Positions 25,694-33,904 of a stretch of 35,061 nt of DNA are shown here, in pieces. The stretch comes from a virus (taxonomy: Duplodnaviria; Heunggongvirae; Uroviricota; Caudoviricetes), in the IMG/VR virus record IMGVR_UViG_2654587570_000013, positions 1 to 35,061 of that record. One strand, given 5' to 3'. The translations under genes and the position numbers were made by a program. How positions within the stretch are numbered: position 1 is the stretch's first letter; each line of letters opens with the position of its first letter. Below the pieces are notes generated by a model. The model did not search any database and was not told the DNA's origin. It saw only the letters and a list, made by a program, of their open reading frames with translations.

Positions 25694-27601
25694 TTAGAAC
25701 GATGTTACCCAACTACGGCCTCTATTTGGAGGTCTGACGATGTTTTGACGTTGCGGTCGTGTGATTGGCTTAGTTTCTTCGATTTGCTCGTTAGATTGCG
25801 ATTTAGGAGCTTTTACGGGTTCTTCGACAACGCGGTTTAAGCTGTCTTTCATTGCAATGAGTTTATCCCATGACATTTTTGAAAGGACGTAGCGAGAAGC
25901 CGCATAGCTATAAACCAGACAGTCGAGAGCCTCGTTTCGGGTACTACCTGGATTTTTCACCCAACGCACGCCAGTAGTAGTACGCTTGATGGATTCACTC
26001 AAAAGCTGATCGAGATAATCATCAGGAACGGTTTCTGATATCTCTAAACCAATATGAGGATTGTCTTTCAGGTTTCTAACCAGCATTTCACGAACAGCAG
26101 ATTTACCAACGTTAACACCCAGCATAAGCAATTCATGACCACCTGTGCGGGTAGGTTTAACCGGAATCACTGGAGCATTACCAGATGAACTACCTTTGAT
26201 CGCGTGTAGGTTCTTCCACTTACCGCAAATACGGTATCCGGCTTGAGTGAATCGACCGTTCGATGTATCAAGGAAGCTGGCGAGCATAGGAACACGATCA
26301 CCCGATACAGTAGTAAATTTGGTTTTATGGAAGTTGATTAATCTATCCCATACAGGGGATTCATATCGTTCACAGTTATGATCGTAAAAGCTGCGGTGAT
26401 CCAGAATGTAAACCTTATCTTTCGCTACACCTAAGATGGTAGTTTCTGCGCGATCTAATTGCTGGTCAGTACCCGCACATAAGAAAATCACGTCATCAGG
26501 GATATTCTCGATAGAAACATCTGTTTTGAGTTGTTCCAGTTCATTTGCTTCTACTGCCGTGTCCTGATCGTCGTATACCTTGCCTAACACGGTGTTAAAA
26601 AAGGATTGTAAATCAAAGGATTGCCACGCATGACTAAAATCAACCACACAAGCGCGAATCGTGCTGAAAGGTGAATACAGACGACTGATCCAGAATCCTG
26701 CTACCTCACTTTCACGGGTTGCTCTCCACTCTCCTTGTGCTACTGCCCTGATTCGTTCCCCTTCTGTCCATGCGTTCTTACAGTGGGGGCAAATATAACG
26801 AGCGGTATCAGGATCGGGTAAGTTCTTACCATCAATGTTACGCCATTCAAATTGAACGTTTTCCCACTCGATCACCTGGTGTCTACCGCAATGAGGACAC
26901 GGAACAAAAAACATACGCATATCGCTTGATAACCATTGCTGGTTAATGCTTCCCAGCTTACTGGTCGGGGTACTGGATACGACTAATCGACCTTCATCGC
27001 CAAAGGTAGTTAAACGGTTAGCAGCCAGTGCCACCGGATCACCTTCTTCTGAGGCTGTGGCAGCATCAATTTCGTCAAGTAATCCAACCTTTGCGGTCTT
27101 ACCACGTAGGGTTGATGGGCTGGTAAGCGATACCATGTACAGGAAGTGATTCGTTTTTAACTGGAGTTGGTTGTTGTTGTTAACCGCGTTGCGATCATTC
27201 TTGTCTGTAACCACGTCTTTCAATGCATCACATGCTTCGATAGACGGTCGGATCTTACCCGCGAGATATTGAGACATTTCTTTAGCGGTTGATTGTCCGA
27301 TAATCATATTGCATGGATCGTTAGCCATCTGGTTAAACAGGATACCGTTTAGGATGGTAGTTTTTCCGATCTGCGCACTGGTCATCAGTACATACTTTTT
27401 CTTATTCTCAAGGAAAGGAGCATCAATCATGCCTTTCTGGAATGACAGCAATTTAACTTTATCCCCCGCTTGAGGACCATCTACCAGCACCATATTCGCT
27501 TCGCACCATTCAGACGGAAGGAGCTTAGGCGGTGGAGTGATATATTTTGCGGCATTTTTAAGAATCTTTTTTAATTTTGCCTTATTAGAAATCAGTTTCA
27601 T
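25694..27601 (-). CDS. terminase large subunit (lambda gpA family)
   Basis: 635 aa; Walker A-like SAQIGKTT; VPCPHCG zinc motif; C-terminal [14 protein letters not shown] resembles lambda gpA RNEALDCFVYALAA as recalled; GAGGGT SD; first gene of the leftward operon. Confidence 0.9.
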   Translation of the reverse strand: MKLISNKAKLKKILKNAAKYITPPPKLLPSEWCEANMVLVDGPQAGDKVKLLSFQKGMIDAPFLENKKKYVLMTSAQIGKTTILNGILFNQMANDPCNMIIGQSTAKEMSQYLAGKIRPSIEACDALKDVVTDKNDRNAVNNNNQLQLKTNHFLYMVSLTSPSTLRGKTAKVGLLDEIDAATASEEGDPVALAANRLTTFGDEGRLVVSSTPTSKLGSINQQWLSSDMRMFFVPCPHCGRHQVIEWENVQFEWRNIDGKNLPDPDTARYICPHCKNAWTEGERIRAVAQGEWRATRESEVAGFWISRLYSPFSTIRACVVDFSHAWQSFDLQSFFNTVLGKVYDDQDTAVEANELEQLKTDVSIENIPDDVIFLCAGTDQQLDRAETTILGVAKDKVYILDHRSFYDHNCERYESPVWDRLINFHKTKFTTVSGDRVPMLASFLDTSNGRFTQAGYRICGKWKNLHAIKGSSSGNAPVIPVKPTRTGGHELLMLGVNVGKSAVREMLVRNLKDNPHIGLEISETVPDDYLDQLLSESIKRTTTGVRWVKNPGSTRNEALDCLVYSYAASRYVLSKMSWDKLIAMKDSLNRVVEEPVKAPKSQSNEQIEETKPITRPQRQNIVRPPNRGRSWVTSF

Positions 27602-27688
27602 GTAATTACCCTCATTACGAAATATGAAGGTATTTATTAAATTATTGATATTTTGATAAATACGGGTATTAAGATTTAAGGAGGGTGT

Positions 27689-28285
27689 ATGCTAATTAAT
27701 CAGCAAGAAAGAGATGAATTAGCCTTGTCTTGTACCGATCATGAATATCGTTTACCCGTTAAGCATAAGCATTTAAAAACCGATTACACAACATCTGGGT
27801 TTAGCCGTGAGGAAGCGAAAGAGATTTTAATAGAATTTTACCGTGATAATGGCTATAGAGACGTTCATAACTTCTTTAAGAAGCATCGCACATCACAGAC
27901 AGAGTTTCAGCGAGTCCGTGAGTGGTTTGATTTTGATATCAAGCGTTATTATCGCATTGATGACGGTCCTATCTATCGGTTGCAGTGGAAGCCGATCAGG
28001 GAAGTGTTGAAACAGAAGAGATTGAATCACGCAATTACACGCTATCGTAACGAGGCTTTCAAGAAAGGCTATGGTGATACAAGGGAACTATTCGTTGAAC
28101 TCGCTAACGTGAAGTACAGCCACTATTACAACGATCCTAAAGGGTTCTTTGAAGTGCTTCGCAAGGTTGATATAAGTCGGGGTACATATTATTCACGGTT
28201 GAAGAAGTACGGGATTAAGGCAGAGTTCTTTATGTCGGTTGACGATGGAGAACTTTTTCCGATAAAATGTAAGTCCTCTAAATAA
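27689..28285 (+). CDS. protein with two copies of a small HTH-like module (putative DNA-binding regulator)
   Basis: 198 aa; AAGGAGGG SD; two internal segments ([17 protein letters not shown]...FFKK and [17 protein letters not shown]) match the module found in the two small downstream proteins. Confidence 0.5.
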   Translation: MLINQQERDELALSCTDHEYRLPVKHKHLKTDYTTSGFSREEAKEILIEFYRDNGYRDVHNFFKKHRTSQTEFQRVREWFDFDIKRYYRIDDGPIYRLQWKPIREVLKQKRLNHAITRYRNEAFKKGYGDTRELFVELANVKYSHYYNDPKGFFEVLRKVDISRGTYYSRLKKYGIKAEFFMSVDDGELFPIKCKSSK

Positions 28286-28314
28286 AGGTGAACATTCACT
28301 TTAATTTGGAGAAA

Positions 28315-28548
28315 ATGACTATGACTACTAAAGCTACTCGCGGTCGCCCTACCCGTTTTAATCGTGAACAGATGGCTGATATTGCCTACGCTTACTATAC
28401 AGCGGATCGTGGTAAGGAAGCGAAAGAACAGATTCTTAGTGAACATGGGATCTCAATCGCCCAATTCTATAAGAATATGAAGAAGTTAGACATTAAATTC
28501 TATGTTCAGATCGGTGATGGTCAGATCGTAGAAGCAACAGGTTTTTGA
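28315..28548 (+). CDS. small HTH-like DNA-binding protein (paralogue family)
   Basis: Start placed at ATG 28315 after GGAG; the ORF track starts at a GTG at 28288. RGRPTRFNREQMADIAYAYY ... GISIAQFYKNMKKLDI parallels the 31655 protein. Confidence 0.5.
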   Translation: MTMTTKATRGRPTRFNREQMADIAYAYYTADRGKEAKEQILSEHGISIAQFYKNMKKLDIKFYVQIGDGQIVEATGF

Positions 28549-28556
28549 TTCTCTTT

Positions 28557-28581
28557 GCCACTCTTCGGAGTGGCTTTTTTG
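28557..28581 (+). terminator. rho-independent terminator (UUCG tetraloop)
   Basis: GCCACTC-TTCG-GAGTGGC followed by TTTTTTG. Confidence 0.6.
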
Positions 28582-28707
28582 TATGTAAAACAATCGGCGC
28601 AAAACTGCGCTCATCTCTAAGTTGAGTCCAAATCTGGACTGATCTATAGATGCATCCAAATCTGGAGGGATGTGCTTAACTTTCAGCGCATCTACAGATA
28701 CAAAAAA

Positions 28708-28726
28708 GCCCCTGAAATTCAGGGGC
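28708..28726 (-). terminator. rho-independent terminator of the Rha-like operon
   Basis: GCCCCTGA-aat-TCAGGGGC 8-bp stem; T-run on the minus strand. Confidence 0.55.
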
Positions 28727-28734
28727 AAAAATTA

Positions 28735-29577
28735 TTACAGTCCGAAGGCTTCCAGAGTTCCGATATTCTTACGAATCAGTGCAGCCGTATTGTTGATAAT
28801 TGCACGAGCATTGTTTGGCTGCGGTAATTTCAAAGTTGCTACCGTCTCTTCCTCAATCAAGCCCAATTTAACCAGCACTGGTAAACAGTCAGTTGTGAAC
28901 TCAAGCTGACCATGTGCTGATTGTCGAGCGTACATGTAAGCAGGAGGAAGAACATCATAGCCGTTAGGCTTACCAGAAGCATCCAGACGACGCTCAATGT
29001 GTTTAGCCTCACATAATCCCTTAAGAATACGTTGTACCTTCGTAGAGCCTCGTTTTTCGCCTAATAAGCGGGTGAGACTGTGTGCGTCAATGGCACGTCT
29101 GATGTGGAGATCAACTAAACGTTTATTTTCGCGGGTTTTCTCTAATGCCAGTTCGATCCAATCGGTTTCTTCAAAGTGTTCATATGGATTAACCGGAACA
29201 TTAGCTTTACCTTCTTTCATCAAACGCCATTCTTTAGCAATTTTGAAGCGAAGCGGTGCATCGTATCCCATAACCAGAGTATTACAGAGATCTTCATCCA
29301 GTTCATACATCGGTTTATTACGATTCAGAGAATCTTTATAAGTCGTTTCTTTATAAAAACCGATGGGCGCAAAATTGCGCTCATCTCCTCCGACCAGTTT
29401 GCTACCCTTTTCAAGCGAATCAACCATATTACGAAAATCACGCATAACATCTTTATGATTCTTTCCGGTTAATTCCGCGATCTGCAAAGTAGACATGGTC
29501 AGCGGTTTGGTGTTATCAACAACCAGAGACACGGAAGCAGGTTTAATAGCAGTATTCATAGTAGTAACAGTATTCAT
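28735..29577 (-). CDS. Rha-family phage regulatory protein / antirepressor-like
   Basis: 280 aa; N-terminal LTMSTLQIAELTGKNHKDVMRDFRNMVDSL matches the Rha-type N-terminal DNA-binding signature. Confidence 0.6.
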   Translation of the reverse strand: MNTVTTMNTAIKPASVSLVVDNTKPLTMSTLQIAELTGKNHKDVMRDFRNMVDSLEKGSKLVGGDERNFAPIGFYKETTYKDSLNRNKPMYELDEDLCNTLVMGYDAPLRFKIAKEWRLMKEGKANVPVNPYEHFEETDWIELALEKTRENKRLVDLHIRRAIDAHSLTRLLGEKRGSTKVQRILKGLCEAKHIERRLDASGKPNGYDVLPPAYMYARQSAHGQLEFTTDCLPVLVKLGLIEEETVATLKLPQPNNARAIINNTAALIRKNIGTLEAFGL

Positions 29578-29666
29578 AGTAAAATCCCCCTTAAACGGTT
29601 TAGTGATGATCCTCCTAGTTCCGGCATCACTACCGGAACAATTTTATTTATAAAGAAATTTTTATC

Positions 29667-29813
29667 TCATTTAGATTCAGCAATCGCGCGATCAATTTCT
29701 TCTTGAATGCGACGCTGGCGTTCATGGAAGTCAACCATTGAGAAATTCAGGTTTGGGGTCCACGGTTTGCGGTTCGGGTTTTTACGTCCATCAATTTTCT
29801 TAGTAGTGTTCAT
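29667..29813 (-). CDS. small basic protein (48 aa), speculative
   Basis: Translation MNTTKKIDGRKNPNRKPWTPNL...; AAGAGGA SD; lies between a near-consensus promoter and the Rha-like gene. Below the ORF-track cutoff. Confidence 0.35.
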   Translation of the reverse strand: MNTTKKIDGRKNPNRKPWTPNLNFSMVDFHERQRRIQEEIDRAIAESK

Positions 29814-29871
29814 AATTAACATCCTCTTTACAAATCTAGGTCAAATAGGTTCAAAGTTGTCAAGTGCGATA

Positions 29872-29900
29872 ATCATAAAAAAGTTAGAAAATTTTGTCAA
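29872..29900 (-). promoter_or_regulatory. near-consensus sigma70 promoter (leftward)
   Basis: Minus strand reads TTGACA - 17 nt - TATGAT; the -35 element is embedded in a TTGTCAA/TTGACAA inverted repeat. Confidence 0.45.
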
Positions 29901-29935
29901 TGCCCCTTGACAAGCCACCAAAGGGTTGACCTAAC

Positions 29936-30394
29936 TTACAGCATATCTAAGCCTTCATCATGGCCGTAGAAGCCACCGTGAGAAGAGAAACAGATTGGTG
30001 CGTAGTCGTCGTCATCTTCGTCTTGTTCATCTTGTTCTGGGGCTTCCTGAGCGGGTTGTTTGCCGTAATCAGCCATAATCTGGTCAAGATCAGCGATCCC
30101 ATAGTAAGAGCCTAAATCAACGTCATATTCACGAACATCAAACGGCAGGTCATCACGAACAATAATTGCTGGAATATCGTTGTATTGAAGACGACCTTCA
30201 TCAGTAAGACAGTCGATGATCACAGTAGGACGACCATTTCGTTTTAAAGCGTAGAAAGCAGTTGAGTAGTTGGAGTCTTCGGAATGACGAATGATGTTAT
30301 AACCACGATTAGCGAAAACTTCTAGCATATGGAAGTTACCATAGTTTTCAGAGTCCAGACCCAGAAGTACGAAAGGAGTTTTAGTATTGATCAT
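29936..30394 (-). CDS. hypothetical protein with acidic C-terminal tail
   Basis: Start placed at MINTKTP, which has a GAGGA SD; the ORF track extends to 30424. 152 aa with a DEQDEDDDD tail. Confidence 0.5.
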   Translation of the reverse strand: MINTKTPFVLLGLDSENYGNFHMLEVFANRGYNIIRHSEDSNYSTAFYALKRNGRPTVIIDCLTDEGRLQYNDIPAIIVRDDLPFDVREYDVDLGSYYGIADLDQIMADYGKQPAQEAPEQDEQDEDDDDYAPICFSSHGGFYGHDEGLDML

Positions 30395-30967
30395 AGTGGT
30401 ATCCTCTAAAAGAAAGTGAATCAAACAAATTACACTAGTATTTATACGAGAAAAAAATATCTATTTGGAAGTGATTGGATTCAGTCGGCTTCGCCTCCTT
30501 CATGATTTTGATTAAATCATCATCAAAACGAAGGAGTATCTTTAGAATATAAGAATCTTTCTTTTGGAGAAATAATAATCAGGAAGCAATTTGGCAACCG
30601 AAGGTTGCAATCCCGAAGGGATACCAATACCTTTCTAGAAAGTGATTGTTACTCACTTCGTTCGTTTACTAGAATCAGTTAGTAACTAGCATTAAATCCC
30701 TTTCTAAGAAAATCCTTTCAAAAGTGAGTGAACGCCGTAGGCGTGAACGTGAGCGAAGCGAACTATCCAATCCCTTTCGAATCCTGCTTGCAGGTCTTAG
30801 AAGGTGTTGATGGGCGCTTCGCGCACGGCTACGCCGTATTCTTTTTGCGAGATCTTTCTTGAACGTAGTGAGAGAAAACGAGCAAAAAGGAGAACGTTAG
30901 TTCGAATTTTATATTCTATGGTCTGTGGGGTGAAATGTTTTTCAAGATCATACACTTATGAGATTGA

Positions 30968-31090
30968 AGTGTAGGGTTAGTGTAGGTGTGTAGGTTTCAT
31001 AGTGTAGGTTTGAGGGTGTTATAGTGTAGGTTTACTGGCTAGTGTAGTGTAGGCCAATCCCTTTAAAGTGTAGGTTTGTAGTGTAGGGTT
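30968..31090 (+). repeat. array of ~9 direct GTGTAGG(T/G)TT repeats (iteron-like)
   Basis: Copies start at 30969, 30980, 30988, 31002, 31024, 31047, 31068 and 31081, plus a degenerate copy at 31042; all same orientation with irregular 8-23 bp spacing, inside a 1.2-kb ORF-free region. Confidence 0.6.
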
Positions 31091-31284
31091 TTCATCAAAA
31101 ATTTTGATAGAAAATTCTTGTATATTATTTAATCAGAAAATCACCAAAAATCGCGGTAACTGCATGATTTAAAAGGAATGGTCAAAAGGTCACCGTGCTA
31201 TAATAGGTTATAAAGGTTGATAATCGTTATCCGCCATTTTCACACAAAAATTTTGATAGTCTTTTCTCGTTTAGGTCAAGTGTA

Positions 31285-31313
31285 TTGACAACTGTCAAGG
31301 ATTATTTTATACT
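31285..31313 (+). promoter_or_regulatory. near-consensus sigma70 promoter (rightward) with overlapping palindromic operator-like site
   Basis: TTGACA - 17 nt - TATACT; the -35 element is part of the palindrome TTGACA-ac-TGTCAA. Confidence 0.5.
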
Positions 31314-31654
31314 TTTTATCGCTGGTGGGGGTTGAAATTTTCTAAACAGCCCCCATATAGATGATAAGCAAGATTTTTCGTGTATAAATACATGCATGAA
31401 ATGATTGTTCACTTCTGAAAATCCCCTGATTCACTGTTAACACATACAGCACTGGTTAAACACACAGTGCTTTTTCGATTAAATAATGTACGAAATGATT
31501 AATTATTAATCTTCTCTTTAGCAATTCGTGCTCCCACTGATCGGATATACAGTGGTTTTACAGGGTTTTCTGAAATGACTTTTATAAATAGAAGTATCGA
31601 GGGCGAAAAGCTCTTTTTATTGTCCTTATTAATCCACATTTGAGGAATCTACTT

Positions 31655-31834
31655 ATGGCTAGACCTGTTAAGTTTACTCGTGAAATGATTGTTGATATTG
31701 CTAAACGCTTTTATGGCGATACTGAACGAGGCGGCGAGAATTTCTTTAAGAAGGAAGGAATTGATAGAAGCGGATTCTATAAGTTAATGAAGAAATACGA
31801 AATTCAGATAAAGATTAACGTTCAAGTTTGTTAA
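31655..31834 (+). CDS. small HTH-like DNA-binding protein (paralogue family)
   Basis: Start placed at MARPVKF, which has a TGAGGA SD; the ORF track starts at 31640. ARPVKFTREMIVDIAKRFY ... GFYKLMKKYEI parallels the 28315 protein. Confidence 0.5.
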   Translation: MARPVKFTREMIVDIAKRFYGDTERGGENFFKKEGIDRSGFYKLMKKYEIQIKINVQVC

Positions 31835-31950
31835 TCCACTTTCACTGAGAATTATATGATGGCTTTAAAAATAAAAAGCCTCCCTTGTTGCAGCAAAGGA
31901 GGCTTGAAATGAACAATTAAAACTAACACAGCATTCAGGAGTATTTATAA

Positions 31951-32946
31951 ATGAAAAATTCTAAGCGCATCACCTTCAACCTGTTTATTAAATCCAACGG
32001 CAAACTGAACATTACCGTCATGGAAGGTAAAGCAAGCAAACAAGACAAATCCTTTGAAGTAGTATCCGGTAAGACTCTGACCGAAATGCGTCAGAATGCT
32101 GGCATCAAAGACGGTGCTGAATGGCAGATCACTAACCGTTTCGACAAACGTCACGTTAAACCTACACTGGTAGAAGGTGAATCCGTTTATTGCTTCGCTC
32201 GTGCTGTTAAAGCCGATGAAACTTACTATCTCGCTGTTGTTAAAACTGCTTCCGGCTTCCGTGCTGTAATGCATCACAAGAGCAAGCGTAACGAATACGG
32301 CGTAGAGACCCAGGAAGTCGCAAAACGCTTCCGTACTGTTGCTACCGAATCCACTGTAAAGGATGTTTCTGGTACTGTTAACACCGCTAAAGGCGGTTCC
32401 TTCTACAACCACGCATTACAGGTTACTTCCTCCTTCTTCTGCAAAAAAGAAGCACAGAAAGAAGTTTCTCCGGTAGTAGTTGAAGAAGTTAAAGAAGAAG
32501 TTGCAGTGGTTGAATCTTCCGAAGTTGAAGCACTGAAAGCACGCATTGCTGAACTGGAAGCTGAAAACGCATCTCTGAAAGCTGAACTGGCAGCACAGGA
32601 AACCACTTTCGAAGTAGCAGCGGTTGAAGTTGAAGCAGTTGAAGAAAAATCCATTGATGAAGAACTGGAAGAACTCCTTAACTATCGCTGGGGTGTTGTT
32701 GCAGAAGTAGAACAAGAAGTTGCTCCGGTAGTTGTTCCGGTTGAAGTTGAAAAAGAATCCGCACCTGTTACTAACTTTGAATCCCTGCGCAATAACTTTA
32801 TGGCTAAATTCAAAACCACTTGGGAAGATACCGAAGAAGAACAAGAAGAGATTGAAGTAAACGAAGACGAGATCCGCGAAGCACAGATGGCACTGCATGA
32901 CGCTATCTACGACACCAACTACAGCGCCTACGCATACGCAGCTTAA
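31951..32946 (+). CDS. abundant acidic coiled-coil protein of unknown function (early region)
   Basis: 331 aa; globular N-terminal ~170 aa followed by a Glu/Val/Ala-rich coiled-coil and acidic tail; very strong optimal-codon bias (cgt, ctg, ggt, gaa); AGGAG SD. Confidence 0.7.
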   Translation: MKNSKRITFNLFIKSNGKLNITVMEGKASKQDKSFEVVSGKTLTEMRQNAGIKDGAEWQITNRFDKRHVKPTLVEGESVYCFARAVKADETYYLAVVKTASGFRAVMHHKSKRNEYGVETQEVAKRFRTVATESTVKDVSGTVNTAKGGSFYNHALQVTSSFFCKKEAQKEVSPVVVEEVKEEVAVVESSEVEALKARIAELEAENASLKAELAAQETTFEVAAVEVEAVEEKSIDEELEELLNYRWGVVAEVEQEVAPVVVPVEVEKESAPVTNFESLRNNFMAKFKTTWEDTEEEQEEIEVNEDEIREAQMALHDAIYDTNYSAYAYAA

Positions 32947-32961
32947 TAGAGGGGTGAATCT

Positions 32962-33204
32962 ATGATGAATCAAAACAAAGAATTTCTGGGTAATCTGATG
33001 TTAGAAATTACCAAAATGAAAGAAAGAATGGTAGCGATGGAATCAGAGATTAAAACTCTTAAAGCTGATAATAAGGCGTTGAGAAAGTCCTTAAAGCTGA
33101 TTGATGAGACTAATGCGGTTATGATGGATCATGTATTCCCTGAGTGGCGAAATGAAACTAAACCTACACAACATAAGAAACTTACACTTCGAATTGTTGC
33201 ATAA
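32962..33204 (+). CDS. small coiled-coil protein
   Basis: 80 aa; AGAGGGG SD; heptad-like pattern (MKERMVAMESEIKTLKADNKALRKSLK). Confidence 0.5.
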   Translation: MMNQNKEFLGNLMLEITKMKERMVAMESEIKTLKADNKALRKSLKLIDETNAVMMDHVFPEWRNETKPTQHKKLTLRIVA

Positions 33205-33210
33205 AAAAAA

Positions 33211-33228
33211 GGGACTCCGAAGAGTCCC
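33211..33228 (-). terminator. hairpin terminator (UUCG loop on the minus strand)
   Basis: GGGACTC-CGAA-GAGTCCC; an 8-nt A-run on the plus side gives a T-run on the minus transcript. May also stop rightward transcription. Confidence 0.45.
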
Positions 33229-33313
33229 TAGTAAGTTTAGGTTAGGTTTGCACAACAAAGATGAGGTTATAATGAACATAATGCTACATTATTCTTTAAA
33301 GCCAGAAAAATAA

Positions 33314-33330
33314 CCGCCCCGAAGGGGCGG
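33314..33330 (-). terminator. hairpin terminator (UUCG loop on the minus strand)
   Basis: CCGCCCC-GAA-GGGGCGG; T-rich on the minus side. Confidence 0.45.
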
Positions 33331-33479
33331 GAGGATTAATACTCAATCTATACTTGTTATGTTTTTGTGTTGTATGGATCACTGACTATGAAAACACTGT
33401 TTTTATGGCTTTTAATCGGGAACTCTCTTTCGAAAATTCCCTGTTAAAACCACATAAGGAGAAAAGGCAGATTACAATA

Positions 33480-33653
33480 TTATTTAGTGTCTGATTTATA
33501 GCAACTAAAAAGAATAAACAGGATTAAACATACCCAGCCGTAAGGCGTACCGATTAGAAATTTGAAAAACACCACCAGCGATATAAAAATCAATTTAATG
33601 CCAGCGACGATAGTCAAAAACAGCAGAGTAGCAAAGTAGACAAAAAGATCCAT
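33480..33653 (-). CDS. small membrane protein (57 aa), speculative
   Basis: AGAGGA SD; translation MDLFVYFATLLFLTIVAGIKLIFISLVVFFKFLIGTPYGWVCLILFILFSCYK... has 2-3 predicted transmembrane segments. Below the ORF-track cutoff. Confidence 0.4.
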   Translation of the reverse strand: MDLFVYFATLLFLTIVAGIKLIFISLVVFFKFLIGTPYGWVCLILFILFSCYKSDTK

Positions 33654-33706
33654 AGATAATCCTCTTTGAAAACGACCATCATCTATAGTTCAATTCATCG
33701 ATTTAA

Positions 33707-33808
33707 TTAATGATACTTGAAAGCATTACACACAGCAGAAATGCCAATGTGAGCAAATGAATATACGATAGTTAATCCTACAGCCAGATAAATCAAAAAT
33801 TCAACCAT
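33707..33808 (-). CDS. small membrane peptide (33 aa), speculative
   Basis: GAGGA SD; translation MVEFLIYLAVGLTIVYSFAHIGISAVCNAFKYH is a single transmembrane helix. Confidence 0.3.
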   Translation of the reverse strand: MVEFLIYLAVGLTIVYSFAHIGISAVCNAFKYH

Positions 33809-33904
33809 AGGTAAATCCTCAAATAAGAAAAAGGTTAGCGGGGGATGTTCTCCCCCGTAGACGTTGACCATCAACATCTTTCATACATTTATTTATAACG
33901 CGTT

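Noticed and set aside
30760-30800. Possible tRNA because of a TTTCGAATCC T-loop-like string
   Set aside because: Position 53 is not G, and I could not build an acceptor stem, D-arm or anticodon arm around it by eye; no CCA context. Probably just part of the structured noncoding region.
30968-31090. Possible CRISPR array
   Set aside because: Repeat units are only about 9 bp with irregular spacing and no spacer-like unique segments of uniform length; the pattern fits iterons or binding sites, not CRISPR.
32403-32973. Minus-strand ORFs of 83 and 185 aa
   Set aside because: Antisense shadows of the highly codon-biased acidic gene 31951..32946; Cys/Phe-rich low-complexity translations.
33131-33313. 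Plus-strand 60-aa ORF after the early operon
   Set aside because: It spans two terminator hairpins and has no SD; more likely noncoding.
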